DNA of 64,000 nt from Candidatus Micrarchaeota archaeon (lineage in GTDB: Archaea > Micrarchaeota > Micrarchaeia > Micrarchaeales > CABMGC01): positions 60,868-124,867 of the forward strand of contig JAKASP010000001.1 in NCBI GenBank assembly GCA_021818995.1, in the 5' to 3' direction. The notes under the pieces were generated by a model. It did no database searches. It saw only the letters and a program-made list of their open reading frames with translations, and was not told the DNA's origin. Positions within the stretch are counted from its first letter, which is position 1, and each line of letters begins with the position of its first letter. The position numbers were made by a program, and so were the translations under genes. Positions 36,900 through 46,021 of the stretch are shown piece after piece.

Positions 36900-37775
36900 T
36901 CAGATATTTAACGTTAGCAGGTAGGCGAAGAAGACGAGCATGAGGGCAAGCGCCAGCTTCTTTACTATGCCCTTCTCGTTGAAGAGCGAGCCTGCGAAGA
37001 CGACTGTTATGACCACGTAGAAAGTGTTCCTGAGCGGCTGCGCTAGGCTTACCGGAGCCACGGTCAAAGCCACGAAGTACGTGGCCCTGTAGCCGAGCGT
37101 TAGTATCGCCTGGGCAACGAGAGGCAGCTTGTACATCTTCAAGCTGCTCACTATCTCCTTCACGCCGCCGTACCTCACGGTTATGAGTATGGTGTAGCTC
37201 GCGGACATGAAGATGCCCGTGAGTATAAGGAAGGTGTACGGGTTCATGCTGATGAGCAGGTACCTGCTGATTATCGTGCCGACGGCCGAAAGTACGGAAT
37301 AGAAGACTATCATGTACCTGTACTTGTTGCTGTCGAATCCTGGCGCCGCGGACTTCTTCACCCTGAAGACGAGCATGTACGTTGCTAGTATCATCGCAGC
37401 TATCACTATGTACTGGAACGGGCTGAGCACCTCGCCGAGGAATGGGAATGCGAGGAGGACCACGAAGAGCGTGGGCAGGCTGCTGAAGGCAGGAGACGCT
37501 ATCGATATCTCGCCGTGCTTGAACACCCTTGCCGAGAGAAGGAAGACGTAGGCGTTGAGCGCGCCGAGAGCTATGAGAATTGCGAGCTGCTGCGCGCTCA
37601 CGTCAAAGTTTGCCCAGGGCAGGAAGACGAGCGAGAAGAGGGTGACGAGAGGTGCGAGCGCGGAGCTGAAAGCCGTCGCGTGCTCTATCTTGAGGGAGAA
37701 CTTCTCGACTATCGTAGCTACTCCCATCAGTACAGAGGAGAGCAGGACGAGAAGGTACCAGTAGATCGTGTGCAC
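36900..37775 (-). CDS. EamA/DMT family transporter
   Basis: About 10 TMs in two repeats; FLGE and LFNEK motifs. Confidence 0.8.
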   Translation of the reverse strand: MHTIYWYLLVLLSSVLMGVATIVEKFSLKIEHATAFSSALAPLVTLFSLVFLPWANFDVSAQQLAILIALGALNAYVFLLSARVFKHGEISIASPAFSSLPTLFVVLLAFPFLGEVLSPFQYIVIAAMILATYMLVFRVKKSAAPGFDSNKYRYMIVFYSVLSAVGTIISRYLLISMNPYTFLILTGIFMSASYTILITVRYGGVKEIVSSLKMYKLPLVAQAILTLGYRATYFVALTVAPVSLAQPLRNTFYVVITVVFAGSLFNEKGIVKKLALALMLVFFAYLLTLNI

Positions 37776-37787
37776 ACCGTGCAGCGG

Positions 37788-38555
37788 TCAGCGCTGCATG
37801 CTGAATACAACGTATATGTTTTTAGTTACCGTTGCCGTGCCCGCGAAGAAGGTCTGGTTGCTCGCGGCGTTGGCCGCGGAGAAGACGCCGTACGGATAGT
37901 AGATGTAGCCGTTCTGAACCGTTATGTTCTGCACGTGCAGAATAGCTCCGCTAGAGAGCGCGGTCGCCTGGCTTGTAGCGTTCTGGATGGCGAGCGTGAG
38001 CGCCTGCTGGCTTAGGCTGGTCTGCTGCTGCGCGGACAGCTTTGCTGACGCGTCGCTTATGCTGACTCCGCCTATCCTGCTGATCCCGGAGATTGCTGCG
38101 CTGGCGCTCGACGCCTGCGGCAGTGTTATGAGCAATGATTCGATCGCCGAATAGAACCTGCGTTGCGAGGGACAGATTGTGGTTGTGCTCGGGTATATGG
38201 GATAGTAGATTGGAGTGCAGTTGCTAGCAGGATAGACATTGTAAGACTGGGTCTGTATAGCGCTCGCGTTACCGTTGAGGAACGGCAGCAAGGTGGTGTT
38301 TAGCGCCGCGGCTATGGCGCTTAGGTTCGAGACTGCGCTTGCGGCGTTAGCGCCTGTTGCGTTAAGAACAACATAGATCTGGGCCTCGCTTGGTACAGCG
38401 CTTACCGAACCGCTTGCTGATACGCTTATCAGCGAAAGGTGCTGCGGCGCTCCCTGCAGTATCGCATAGCCGACGAAAGCGAGTGCGAGCGATATGAGTA
38501 TCGGGAAGATTAGGAATCGCGCGCTTGGGCCCACGTCAACTTCTGTCCTTGCCAT
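37788..38555 (-). CDS. SIMPL/DUF541 domain protein
   Basis: ISVSASGSVSAVP, IQTQSYNVYP, ALTLAIQNATSQA. Confidence 0.8.
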   Translation of the reverse strand: MARTEVDVGPSARFLIFPILISLALAFVGYAILQGAPQHLSLISVSASGSVSAVPSEAQIYVVLNATGANAASAVSNLSAIAAALNTTLLPFLNGNASAIQTQSYNVYPASNCTPIYYPIYPSTTTICPSQRRFYSAIESLLITLPQASSASAAISGISRIGGVSISDASAKLSAQQQTSLSQQALTLAIQNATSQATALSSGAILHVQNITVQNGYIYYPYGVFSAANAASNQTFFAGTATVTKNIYVVFSMQR

Positions 38556-38593
38556 TCTATCATGTGCTATACGCAGCCAACATTTTAAAGAGC

Positions 38594-38666
38594 TAGCCCC
38601 GATCGGATTCGAACCGGTGTTCGCGGGTCCAAAGCCCGCTGTCCTTGGCCACTAGACGACGGGGCT
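38594..38666 (-). tRNA. tRNA-Gln(TTG)
   Basis: Acceptor AGCCCCG/CGGGGCT, GCGGG-CTTTGGA-CCCGC, GGTTCGAATCC. Confidence 0.92.
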
Positions 38667-38720
38667 GCACGTGGTATAATGGCTCTTTTATTATTAACGT
38701 TTTGTTGCCAAATGTAAACG

Positions 38721-39452
38721 ATGACCGTCAAGCTGTACTGGAAGGACGCGTACCTGAAGGAGTTCGACTCTGTAGTGGAACGCGTTGACGGCAATAGGGT
38801 GGTGCTGAAGGAGACCGCTTTCTACCCTACCGGCGGCGGGGTGCTGAACGACACCGGCACGCTGACTGTGAACGGGATCGGCTGCAGGGTCGCTGACGTG
38901 AGCAAGGAAGACGACGTCATATTCCACCATGTCGAAGGCATACCTCAGATCAAAGCAGGAGATTCGGTGCACGGAGCCATAGATTGGGAGAGGAGGTATT
39001 CGCTGATGCGATACCACACGGCCGTTCACCTGATGGACGGCATAGTGGAGAAGAGGTACCAGAACGGTGGCATAACCGGCGGCACCATCTTTCCGGACAG
39101 GGCGAGGATGGACTTCGCGATGGAGAACCTGAACAGGGAGCTGGCGCAGAAGATAGTAGACGAGACGAACTCTGCGGCAAGCGAGGGGCACAAGGTGTCA
39201 TCGAAGATAATAAGCCGCGACGAAGCTCTCTCCATGCCGAACCTTGCCAGGACAGAGCCGGGCAGGCAGCTGATAATGAGCATGCCCGAGGTGAGAATCG
39301 TCGAGATAGAGGGCGTAGACGTGCAGTCCGACGGCGGCCTGCATGTCGCGAACACGAATGAGATAGGCAGACTTGCGCTCTCCAAGTTCGAGAACAAGGG
39401 GAAACACAGCAAAAGGATCGAGATTACGCTTGGTGGATCGAATGAGAATTGA
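38721..39452 (+). CDS. alaX: AlaX-type alanyl-tRNA editing protein
   Basis: FYPTGGG..DTG, MRYHTAVH, DGGLHV. Confidence 0.9.
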   Translation: MTVKLYWKDAYLKEFDSVVERVDGNRVVLKETAFYPTGGGVLNDTGTLTVNGIGCRVADVSKEDDVIFHHVEGIPQIKAGDSVHGAIDWERRYSLMRYHTAVHLMDGIVEKRYQNGGITGGTIFPDRARMDFAMENLNRELAQKIVDETNSAASEGHKVSSKIISRDEALSMPNLARTEPGRQLIMSMPEVRIVEIEGVDVQSDGGLHVANTNEIGRLALSKFENKGKHSKRIEITLGGSNEN

Positions 39453-39708
39453 GAAAAAGGTTTGGCCGGAGTACTTCCAGAAGGTGTCCTCGGGAGAGAA
39501 GAATTTTGAGTTCAGGCTCGCGGATTTTGAGTGCAGTTCGGGTGACGTGCTGGTCCTGAAGGAGTACGACCCGAAAACGAAGAGTTACACCGGGAGGAGC
39601 GTGGAGAGGAAGGTAACCTACGTGACCAAAATTGATGCGGAGAAGTTCTATGCGAAGGATGCGATAGCGAAGTACGGTTTGCAGATAATTTCTTTCAGAC
39701 CGGACTAG
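39442..39708 (+). CDS. ASCH/DUF3850 domain protein
   Basis: KVWPEYF...GEKNFEFR...GDVLVLKEY...YTGR. Confidence 0.85.
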   Translation: MRIEKKVWPEYFQKVSSGEKNFEFRLADFECSSGDVLVLKEYDPKTKSYTGRSVERKVTYVTKIDAEKFYAKDAIAKYGLQIISFRPD

Positions 39709-40109
39709 AGTTCTTTCGTTGCAGTGTCCACGGGCTTGTGCTCGAATTCGAACGCGGCCTTCTTCAGCGCCCTAAGCGAGAGCGTCGCGCAGTGCATCCT
39801 CACGGGTCCCGGATCTATGTTGATTATCTTCAGCAGGTCCTTGTAGCTCATCTTCTCAAGCTGCGCTAGCGTCTTCCCCTTCAGCTCGTCTGTCAGCATG
39901 CTCGCGCTGCCCATCGAGATCACGCACCCGCTCCCTTCGAAGCTCACGTCCTCTATCGTGCCGCCGTTGAGCTTCAGGTACACGGTTATGACGTCGCCGC
40001 ACGAGACGTTCTCCTCGCCCATGCTGATGCTCGCGTCATCCATCGCGTGCTTGTTGCTAGGGTGCTCGTAATGGTATATGAGCTGCTCCGCGTACATGTC
40101 CAAGGACAT
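39705..40109 (-). CDS. iscU: Fe-S cluster scaffold, IscU/SufU family
   Basis: NVSCGD, GSGCVIS, RMHCATL; start reassigned (40109 or 40115). Confidence 0.88.
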   Translation of the reverse strand: MSLDMYAEQLIYHYEHPSNKHAMDDASISMGEENVSCGDVITVYLKLNGGTIEDVSFEGSGCVISMGSASMLTDELKGKTLAQLEKMSYKDLLKIINIDPGPVRMHCATLSLRALKKAAFEFEHKPVDTATKEL

Positions 40110-40111
40110 TT

Positions 40112-40966
40112 TCATCCACCTATTCCCGTGACTATGCTTATGAGCCCGCTCGCTATTGCGATTACTCCAAGCGCCGCAGTGAGATAAACGATTTTCGACC
40201 TGCCCGCGACCTTGATCAGGAAGTCTATCAGGAAGAGGCTGACCACTATCGACACGATTATCGCGACGCCAAGGCCTGCGATGCCGATGCTCGCTATCGC
40301 GGTTGAGACGTTGACGTTTGTGGCCACGAGCGTGAGCCCGAATGCTGCGACGGATGCGAAGATGCCGGTTATGAACGAGAGCCTGAAGGCCTCGTCCGCT
40401 TCTACGTTCATGATTAGCATAGTGCTTGTCGTTATCCCGGACCTGCTGACCCCTGGCAGCGCGGCTATGCCCTGCGCTATCCCGATCAGCACGTAGTCCC
40501 ATATCCCAAGGTTTGCAAGCTTCTTCGTGTTAGCCATCTTCGCCTGCCTTCTCGAATATCTTATGAGGAGAGCATCGCCTATCAGTATCACGCCTATGAC
40601 AAGCATCGGTATGCCTATCGAGAAGCCGGTTATAGAGTCGGCAAAGAGGTAGAGGGGCGCGCCGATTATTCCAGTCATTACTATAGTAACTACAACAAAC
40701 GCGAGCAGCCTCCTGGCGTGCGCATCCCTAGATCCGAGCAGCACGTTCACCAAGGCAGCGAGCTCCCTCCTGAAGTAGATGACCGCTGCTATGACCGTGC
40801 CTATCTCCATGAAGAGGCCGAACGTGTACGCCTGCTGGAAGCTGAGGCCTAGGAGATAGTTCGAGGCCACGAGCACCTGGGTCTTGCTGCTTATCGGCAG
40901 CCACTCGCTTATTCCCTGCACTATGCCTATGATTGCGCCTATCAGCAGCTGGTAGAGTGAGGTCAT
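40112..40966 (-). CDS. uppP: Undecaprenyl-diphosphate phosphatase (BacA/UppP family)
   Basis: QGISEWLPISS, PGVSRSG motifs. Confidence 0.9.
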   Translation of the reverse strand: MTSLYQLLIGAIIGIVQGISEWLPISSKTQVLVASNYLLGLSFQQAYTFGLFMEIGTVIAAVIYFRRELAALVNVLLGSRDAHARRLLAFVVVTIVMTGIIGAPLYLFADSITGFSIGIPMLVIGVILIGDALLIRYSRRQAKMANTKKLANLGIWDYVLIGIAQGIAALPGVSRSGITTSTMLIMNVEADEAFRLSFITGIFASVAAFGLTLVATNVNVSTAIASIGIAGLGVAIIVSIVVSLFLIDFLIKVAGRSKIVYLTAALGVIAIASGLISIVTGIGG

Positions 40967-41024
40967 TGAAACATACCACTCTGGTTGTTATACTTATAAA
41001 ATAGGGCACGCTTTTATAATACGC

Positions 41025-41393
41025 ATGCAGTCGATAATTGTTGACACGAGCGCGATAGTCTTCGCGGCCGAGAACGGCGTGGACATCTTCGCTACGATAG
41101 AGCAGAGGCTGCCGGGCTGCACCATGGTCGTGTCCACAGGCATAATAGAGGAGCTTGAGAGGATCTCGGGCTCTGCGCTTGCGAGCAAGAAGGCTGCGCG
41201 GCTCGCCCTCGAGATGATGGATGCGCACAAGATAAAGGTGCTGAAGGGCGGGAACGAGGTAGACGCGTGGATAGTGAAGGAGAGCTCTGCTAGGAAGTGG
41301 AGCGTCTGCACCAACGACATAGGCCTGAAGAAGGAGCTCAAGAAGAGGAAAGTCGAGGTTCTGAGCGCCTCAAGCAATGGGATTTTAAGATAG
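41025..41393 (+). CDS. PIN-domain protein (Fcf1/Utp24-like)
   Basis: IIVDTS, EEL, VD, TND acidic motifs; upstream of rpoE1. Confidence 0.85.
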   Translation: MQSIIVDTSAIVFAAENGVDIFATIEQRLPGCTMVVSTGIIEELERISGSALASKKAARLALEMMDAHKIKVLKGGNEVDAWIVKESSARKWSVCTNDIGLKKELKKRKVEVLSASSNGILR

Positions 41394-41432
41394 TACCTAC
41401 CAATATCTCATGTTCAATCCTCAGGTGAGAGT

Positions 41433-42008
41433 CTGTACTACACATACACGATAAAAGACTCGGTCAGCGTGCCGCCGAAGTACATCGGAGAGGACATAAG
41501 CAAGGCGACCACCGAGATACTGCGCACAAAGTACGAGCGAACGCTCGACAAGGAGATGGGCGTAATGCTTGTGGTGCACAACGTCAGGGACATAAGCGAT
41601 GGCTACATCCTTCCTGCGGACCCTAACATACATCACGACGTCACTTTCGACGTACTCACGTTCAAGCTGGAGGTGGACGAGGTGGTGCTCGGCGAGGTAT
41701 CCGAGCTCGCGGACTTCGGTCTATTCGTAAGGCTTGGACCTATAGACGGGCTGGTGCACCTCTCGCAGATAACGAGCGACTTCATAACGTTCGACAGGAA
41801 GGCCGGGGTGTTCGTGTCGAAGAACACGAAGCGCACGGTCAAGAAGGGAGACATGGTTTACGCCAAGGTCTCGACGATAAGCATAAGGAACACGATACAG
41901 GACGCGAAGATAGCCCTGACGATGAGGCCCGAGGGCTTCGGAAAGCCCGAGTGGGTCAAGGAAGAGAAGATCAGGGAGATAAGGCAGAAGAGGAAGAAGG
42001 GAAGGTGA
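41433..42008 (+). CDS. rpoE1: RNA polymerase subunit E' (Rpo7); probable CTG start
   Basis: (M)YYTYTIKDSVSVPP N-terminus from CTG 41433 after AGGTGA SD; GPIDGLVHLSQI; LTMRPEGFGK. Confidence 0.95.
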   Translation: MYYTYTIKDSVSVPPKYIGEDISKATTEILRTKYERTLDKEMGVMLVVHNVRDISDGYILPADPNIHHDVTFDVLTFKLEVDEVVLGEVSELADFGLFVRLGPIDGLVHLSQITSDFITFDRKAGVFVSKNTKRTVKKGDMVYAKVSTISIRNTIQDAKIALTMRPEGFGKPEWVKEEKIREIRQKRKKGR

Positions 42009-42012
42009 GAAG

Positions 42013-42204
42013 ATGGCAGAGAAGGCTTGCAGGACCGATAGGCTGATAATCTCTCAGGGGGACACGTGCCCGATATGCGGACAGAGCAACCTAACTAGCA
42101 AGTGGTCCGGTTACATGGTCATACTGAATGTCGAGAAATCAGAACTCGCGAAGAAGATGGGGCTTAAGATAAACGGCTCGTACGCGCTGCACCTGAACGA
42201 CTAG
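42013..42204 (+). CDS. spt4: Transcription elongation factor Spt4 (RpoE'')
   Basis: KAC...CPICG...WSG...SELAKK...GSYAL. Confidence 0.92.
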   Translation: MAEKACRTDRLIISQGDTCPICGQSNLTSKWSGYMVILNVEKSELAKKMGLKINGSYALHLND

Positions 42205-42899
42205 CTCTCCTTCTTCTCCAGCGGCTTTGTCCTGGAGAACTCCTCCTCAACAGTAAGCTTCACGGTCTTGTCCATGTACCTCATGACCGCATTAACGAAG
42301 TCGCTCTTGTTTATCAGGTACTTGCTGTCCTTCTCTGTCTTCTCTCCGAAGACCACCTTGATGTTGCCGTTCGAGATCGAGACCGAATCTGGTGCGAGGT
42401 TGTACACCTGCGCCACGGCCTTGACCCTCTCCTCGTCCTTGTCTATCTTCTCTATAACCTTTATCTCATAGAGCATTTTCTCGCCGGCGAGCGGGTGGTT
42501 CGCGTCTACGATGACCCTGCCTGAGTTGACGCTCTTTATCGTCGCCACTGCGCCGTCTATGTCTAGCTGCATTCCAGGCTGCGGCTCAATGTCGCGCTTC
42601 TTGAAGTCAGATAGCGACATGACCTTCACGAGCGTTGCGTTCCTGTCGCCGAACGCGTCCCTAGGGTCTAGCTCGACCTTCTTGGTCTCGCCGACGCTCA
42701 TGCCCTTGACCGCCGCCTCCACTCCCTTTATCGCGTTGCCCTTTCCTATGACTATCAGCTGCGGCTCGTACTTGACCTCGTCGTCAACGTCGCCGTTCTG
42801 CTCGGCCACCTTCTTCAATGTGGTGTATATGAGCTTGTTGTCGGCCACGCGCCAGGCGCTGTAGTCGACCTTCACAAAATCTCCGTCGTTAAAAGGCAT
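42201..42899 (-). CDS. FKBP-type peptidyl-prolyl isomerase (SlyD-like, long archaeal type)
   Basis: GDFVKVDY, DANHPLAG. Confidence 0.92.
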   Translation of the reverse strand: MPFNDGDFVKVDYSAWRVADNKLIYTTLKKVAEQNGDVDDEVKYEPQLIVIGKGNAIKGVEAAVKGMSVGETKKVELDPRDAFGDRNATLVKVMSLSDFKKRDIEPQPGMQLDIDGAVATIKSVNSGRVIVDANHPLAGEKMLYEIKVIEKIDKDEERVKAVAQVYNLAPDSVSISNGNIKVVFGEKTEKDSKYLINKSDFVNAVMRYMDKTVKLTVEEEFSRTKPLEKKES

Positions 42900-42956
42900 A
42901 GGCTCAGCTTGTTAGATTTTTAAGTATTGCATGTGTAGTTAATAAAGGTTTTCGCT

Positions 42957-43583
42957 TTGGAGAGAAAAAAACTCATAGAGCTCATAGGCTCGGTCTTCGT
43001 GGCCCTGATCTTCCTCAGCTCGTACGCGGCCTTCGGCAACATATCGCAGAGCGGGAGCAACGCCACAACAACGGCATCGACGCCGCAGACCTTCTACGGC
43101 AGCGCGATAGGCAATGCGACGATAACGTCGTACAGCAACGCGATGAGCATAAACATCACGTGCAAGAACGTCAGCTCGGTATCGGGACCCCTCAATAGCG
43201 CGCTCACGAACCTGGAGAAGAACGGCTCCGTAAGCACATTCAGCTCGTTCCAGGCGTCGCAGATCGCTGTAGACGCTGGCAGCCTGAGCACGTATCCGCT
43301 CTTCCTGCAGCTCGCGGGCGACGCGGGCCAGGGCGAGTCATGCACAGCGTTCACCACGTCAGCTAACATCAATCTGCCAAGCAGGATGTCCTTCCACATA
43401 CCCCCGCAGCCAGGAATCACCAACGGGCAGAACATAACCATAACGATACCGTCAAGCTTGCAGACGGGCTCCATCGCCATAACGCTCGAGCGCAACATGA
43501 GCACCAAGCTCAGGGTGCAGGTTGACGCGGCAATAGCGGTAAACGGAAGCATATACGGCGGACTGAGGGTAGCGCAGGTGTAG
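42957..43583 (+). CDS. Hypothetical membrane-anchored protein
   Basis: N-terminal TM, Ser/Thr/Asn-rich ectodomain. Confidence 0.7.
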   Translation: MERKKLIELIGSVFVALIFLSSYAAFGNISQSGSNATTTASTPQTFYGSAIGNATITSYSNAMSINITCKNVSSVSGPLNSALTNLEKNGSVSTFSSFQASQIAVDAGSLSTYPLFLQLAGDAGQGESCTAFTTSANINLPSRMSFHIPPQPGITNGQNITITIPSSLQTGSIAITLERNMSTKLRVQVDAAIAVNGSIYGGLRVAQV

Positions 43584-43584
43584 C

Positions 43585-45309
43585 ATGCTGGCCAACAAGA
43601 TAAGGGATGAGGCAAGGAAGTTCGCGCTCAAGAACGCGCAGGACTACGGCAAGGCGGATCCCGGCGCTGTGCTAAGCAAGGTGCTCGCGGCCGAGCCCCG
43701 GCTCAGGCAGAGCATAAAGGAGCTGTCGCTGCTCGTCAACGAGGTAGTGCAGGAAGTCAACAAGATGAGCGAGGCGCAGGTGCAGAAGGAGTTCGACACC
43801 CATGCCAAGGAGTTCGAGAAGAGGGAGAGGGAGACGCAGGAGAGGAACGCGAACCCGAAGATGGAGCTCGACGGAGCAGTCGCAGGCAAGTTCGCGACTC
43901 GGTTCCCGCCGGAACCGAACGGCTACCTCCAGCTCGGCCACGCGAAGATAGCCTGGCTTGAGAGGGAGTTCGCCGACAAGTACAAGGGAACTGTAGCCCT
44001 TTACTTCGACGACACAAATCCCGAGAACGAGAAGCAGGAGTTCGTTGAGGAGATAAAGAAGGACCTGGAGTGGCTCGGAATAAAGTTCGAGCGCGAATAT
44101 TACGCGAGCGACCACATGGGGAAGATATACGAATATGCGGGAAAGCTCACGGAGCACGGCGACGCATACGTCTGCATGTGCGACAGCGAGAAGATGAAGA
44201 AGATGAGGTTCGCTGGCGAGGAGTGCGAGCACAGGAAGCAGTCCAAGGCCGAGAACGTGAAGCTGCTCAGGAAGATGCTAGACAGGGGGTTCAAGGACGG
44301 CGAGGCCGCGCTCAGGCTGAAGCTTGACATGAAAGCCGAGAACACGACGATGCGAGACCCGGTCATACTCAGGATAATAACGCACGAGCACTACAGGCAG
44401 GGCAAGAAGTACGCGGCGTGGCCCACCTACGACTTCAACACGCCGATCGTTGACTCGCTGGAGGGCATAACCGACGCTATACGCTCAAAGGAGTACGAGC
44501 TGCGCGACGAGCTGGACATGAAGATACTGGACCTGCTCGGCCTGAGGAAGCCGAGGATAAGGAGCATCGCGAGGCTGGAGGTGAAGGACAACATAACCTC
44601 GAAGAGGAAGACGAACGCGCTGATAGAGGAGGGCAAGCTCTCAGGCTACGACGACCCGAGGCTCGTGACGATAGCCGCACTCAGGAGGCGGGGCGTGCAG
44701 CCGCAGGCGATCAAGAAGTTCGTGCTGAGGTTCGGCATGAGCAAGACCAACAGCGAGGTCAGCATAGACATGCTGCTCGCAGAGAACAGGCAGGTGATAG
44801 ACGGCATAGCGCGCAGGCTCTTCCTTGTGCAGGAGCCCACAGAGGTTAGGATAGGCGGCATGCCGAAGGAGCGCAAGGCAGTCAAGCTGAACCTCCATCC
44901 GACGAACGAGATGGGGCAGAGGGAGAGCAGCGTATCTGACGCGCTGCTGATAAGCGGGAGCGACGCGAAGACGCTTAAACCAGGATCCGTCTTCAGGCTG
45001 AAGGACCTCTTCAACGTCAAGGTCGAGAAGGCTGGCAAGAAGGAGATAGAGGCAAAGTTCCTTGGAAACGAGAGCGTAGATGCCCCGAAGTTCCAGTGGG
45101 TGGACTCTAAGAGAAAGGTAAGGTGCGAGCTCGTGATGGTGGGCCCGCTGCTTGTCGGCGAGAAGTTCAACGATAAGAGCCTAATCAAGATGGAGGCGTA
45201 CGCTGAGGAGTTCGTCAACTCGCTCGAGAAGGACGAGATCGTGCAGTTCGAGCGCGTTGGGTTTTATAAGCTTGACGATGTCAAGCAGAAGACATTCATT
45301 GCACTCTGA
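43585..45309 (+). CDS. gltX: Glutamate-tRNA ligase (archaeal type)
   Basis: TRFPPEPNGYLQLGH, FDDTNP, WPTYDF, DDPRL, QFERVGF. Confidence 0.95.
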   Translation: MLANKIRDEARKFALKNAQDYGKADPGAVLSKVLAAEPRLRQSIKELSLLVNEVVQEVNKMSEAQVQKEFDTHAKEFEKRERETQERNANPKMELDGAVAGKFATRFPPEPNGYLQLGHAKIAWLEREFADKYKGTVALYFDDTNPENEKQEFVEEIKKDLEWLGIKFEREYYASDHMGKIYEYAGKLTEHGDAYVCMCDSEKMKKMRFAGEECEHRKQSKAENVKLLRKMLDRGFKDGEAALRLKLDMKAENTTMRDPVILRIITHEHYRQGKKYAAWPTYDFNTPIVDSLEGITDAIRSKEYELRDELDMKILDLLGLRKPRIRSIARLEVKDNITSKRKTNALIEEGKLSGYDDPRLVTIAALRRRGVQPQAIKKFVLRFGMSKTNSEVSIDMLLAENRQVIDGIARRLFLVQEPTEVRIGGMPKERKAVKLNLHPTNEMGQRESSVSDALLISGSDAKTLKPGSVFRLKDLFNVKVEKAGKKEIEAKFLGNESVDAPKFQWVDSKRKVRCELVMVGPLLVGEKFNDKSLIKMEAYAEEFVNSLEKDEIVQFERVGFYKLDDVKQKTFIAL

Positions 45310-45320
45310 GGCGACAAGCA

Positions 45321-45980
45321 TTGAATAACAAAGAGGTAGACGCTAGCAGGCTCAACACGCACGACGAGCCGCGCGCGGGCTTCTCAACAATAGAGGCGAG
45401 CGCTGTCAAAAAGATAGTGCGCGAGAGCTGGGAGTCAAAGCTGAAGGAGAGGGGCACGACACTCGACATACTCAACGAGCACGCCGAGTTCATGACCAGA
45501 GAGTTCAGCGCACTCGATTACGAGACCCTCTGCATGCAGAACATAGCGGCTAGGGCGAAGCACATGTCCAAGGGCGAGCTGCTCGCGTACACGAACGCGA
45601 TAGAGGCGCTGGCCATCGGATACAAGGAGAGGTTCGGGGCAGACCTCGGGAGCCTGCTCATCGCTGGCATAACCTTGGTTGCGAAGGACTTCAAGACAGT
45701 GAGCAAGCATCTCGACTACTTCCTAGCGCACGTGTCTGAGAGCGCGAAGGCGTACGAGACCGCTATCGGGCGCGAGGTGAAGCGCGTGGAGCGGCTGGAT
45801 TCCCGGCTAAGGAGCAAGAATTCCGGAATACTCAGGTTCTTCAGGAAGAAGGAGATAGCAGAACTTAACGCCAGGATAAGGTCGAGGCAGGCGAGGATCT
45901 CCAGGCTCTCGGCAAAGAAGGCGAGGTACGCGAAGCTCGGGGACGATACGCGCTCCAGGGCAGATCCCAGGAAGCGCTGA
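45321..45980 (+). CDS. Hypothetical helical protein with basic coiled-coil C-terminus
   Basis: 219 aa ORF with host-like codons between gltX and the DRG gene. Confidence 0.65.
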   Translation: MNNKEVDASRLNTHDEPRAGFSTIEASAVKKIVRESWESKLKERGTTLDILNEHAEFMTREFSALDYETLCMQNIAARAKHMSKGELLAYTNAIEALAIGYKERFGADLGSLLIAGITLVAKDFKTVSKHLDYFLAHVSESAKAYETAIGREVKRVERLDSRLRSKNSGILRFFRKKEIAELNARIRSRQARISRLSAKKARYAKLGDDTRSRADPRKR

Positions 45981-46021
45981 CCCCTGTCTAGTTTTATAAG
46001 CCTGAAAAGAGCAGTGGTTGC

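Noticed and set aside
39705-40502. 265-aa version of the IscU ORF
   Set aside because: The upstream part overlaps uppP in another frame; the IscU domain starts near 40109
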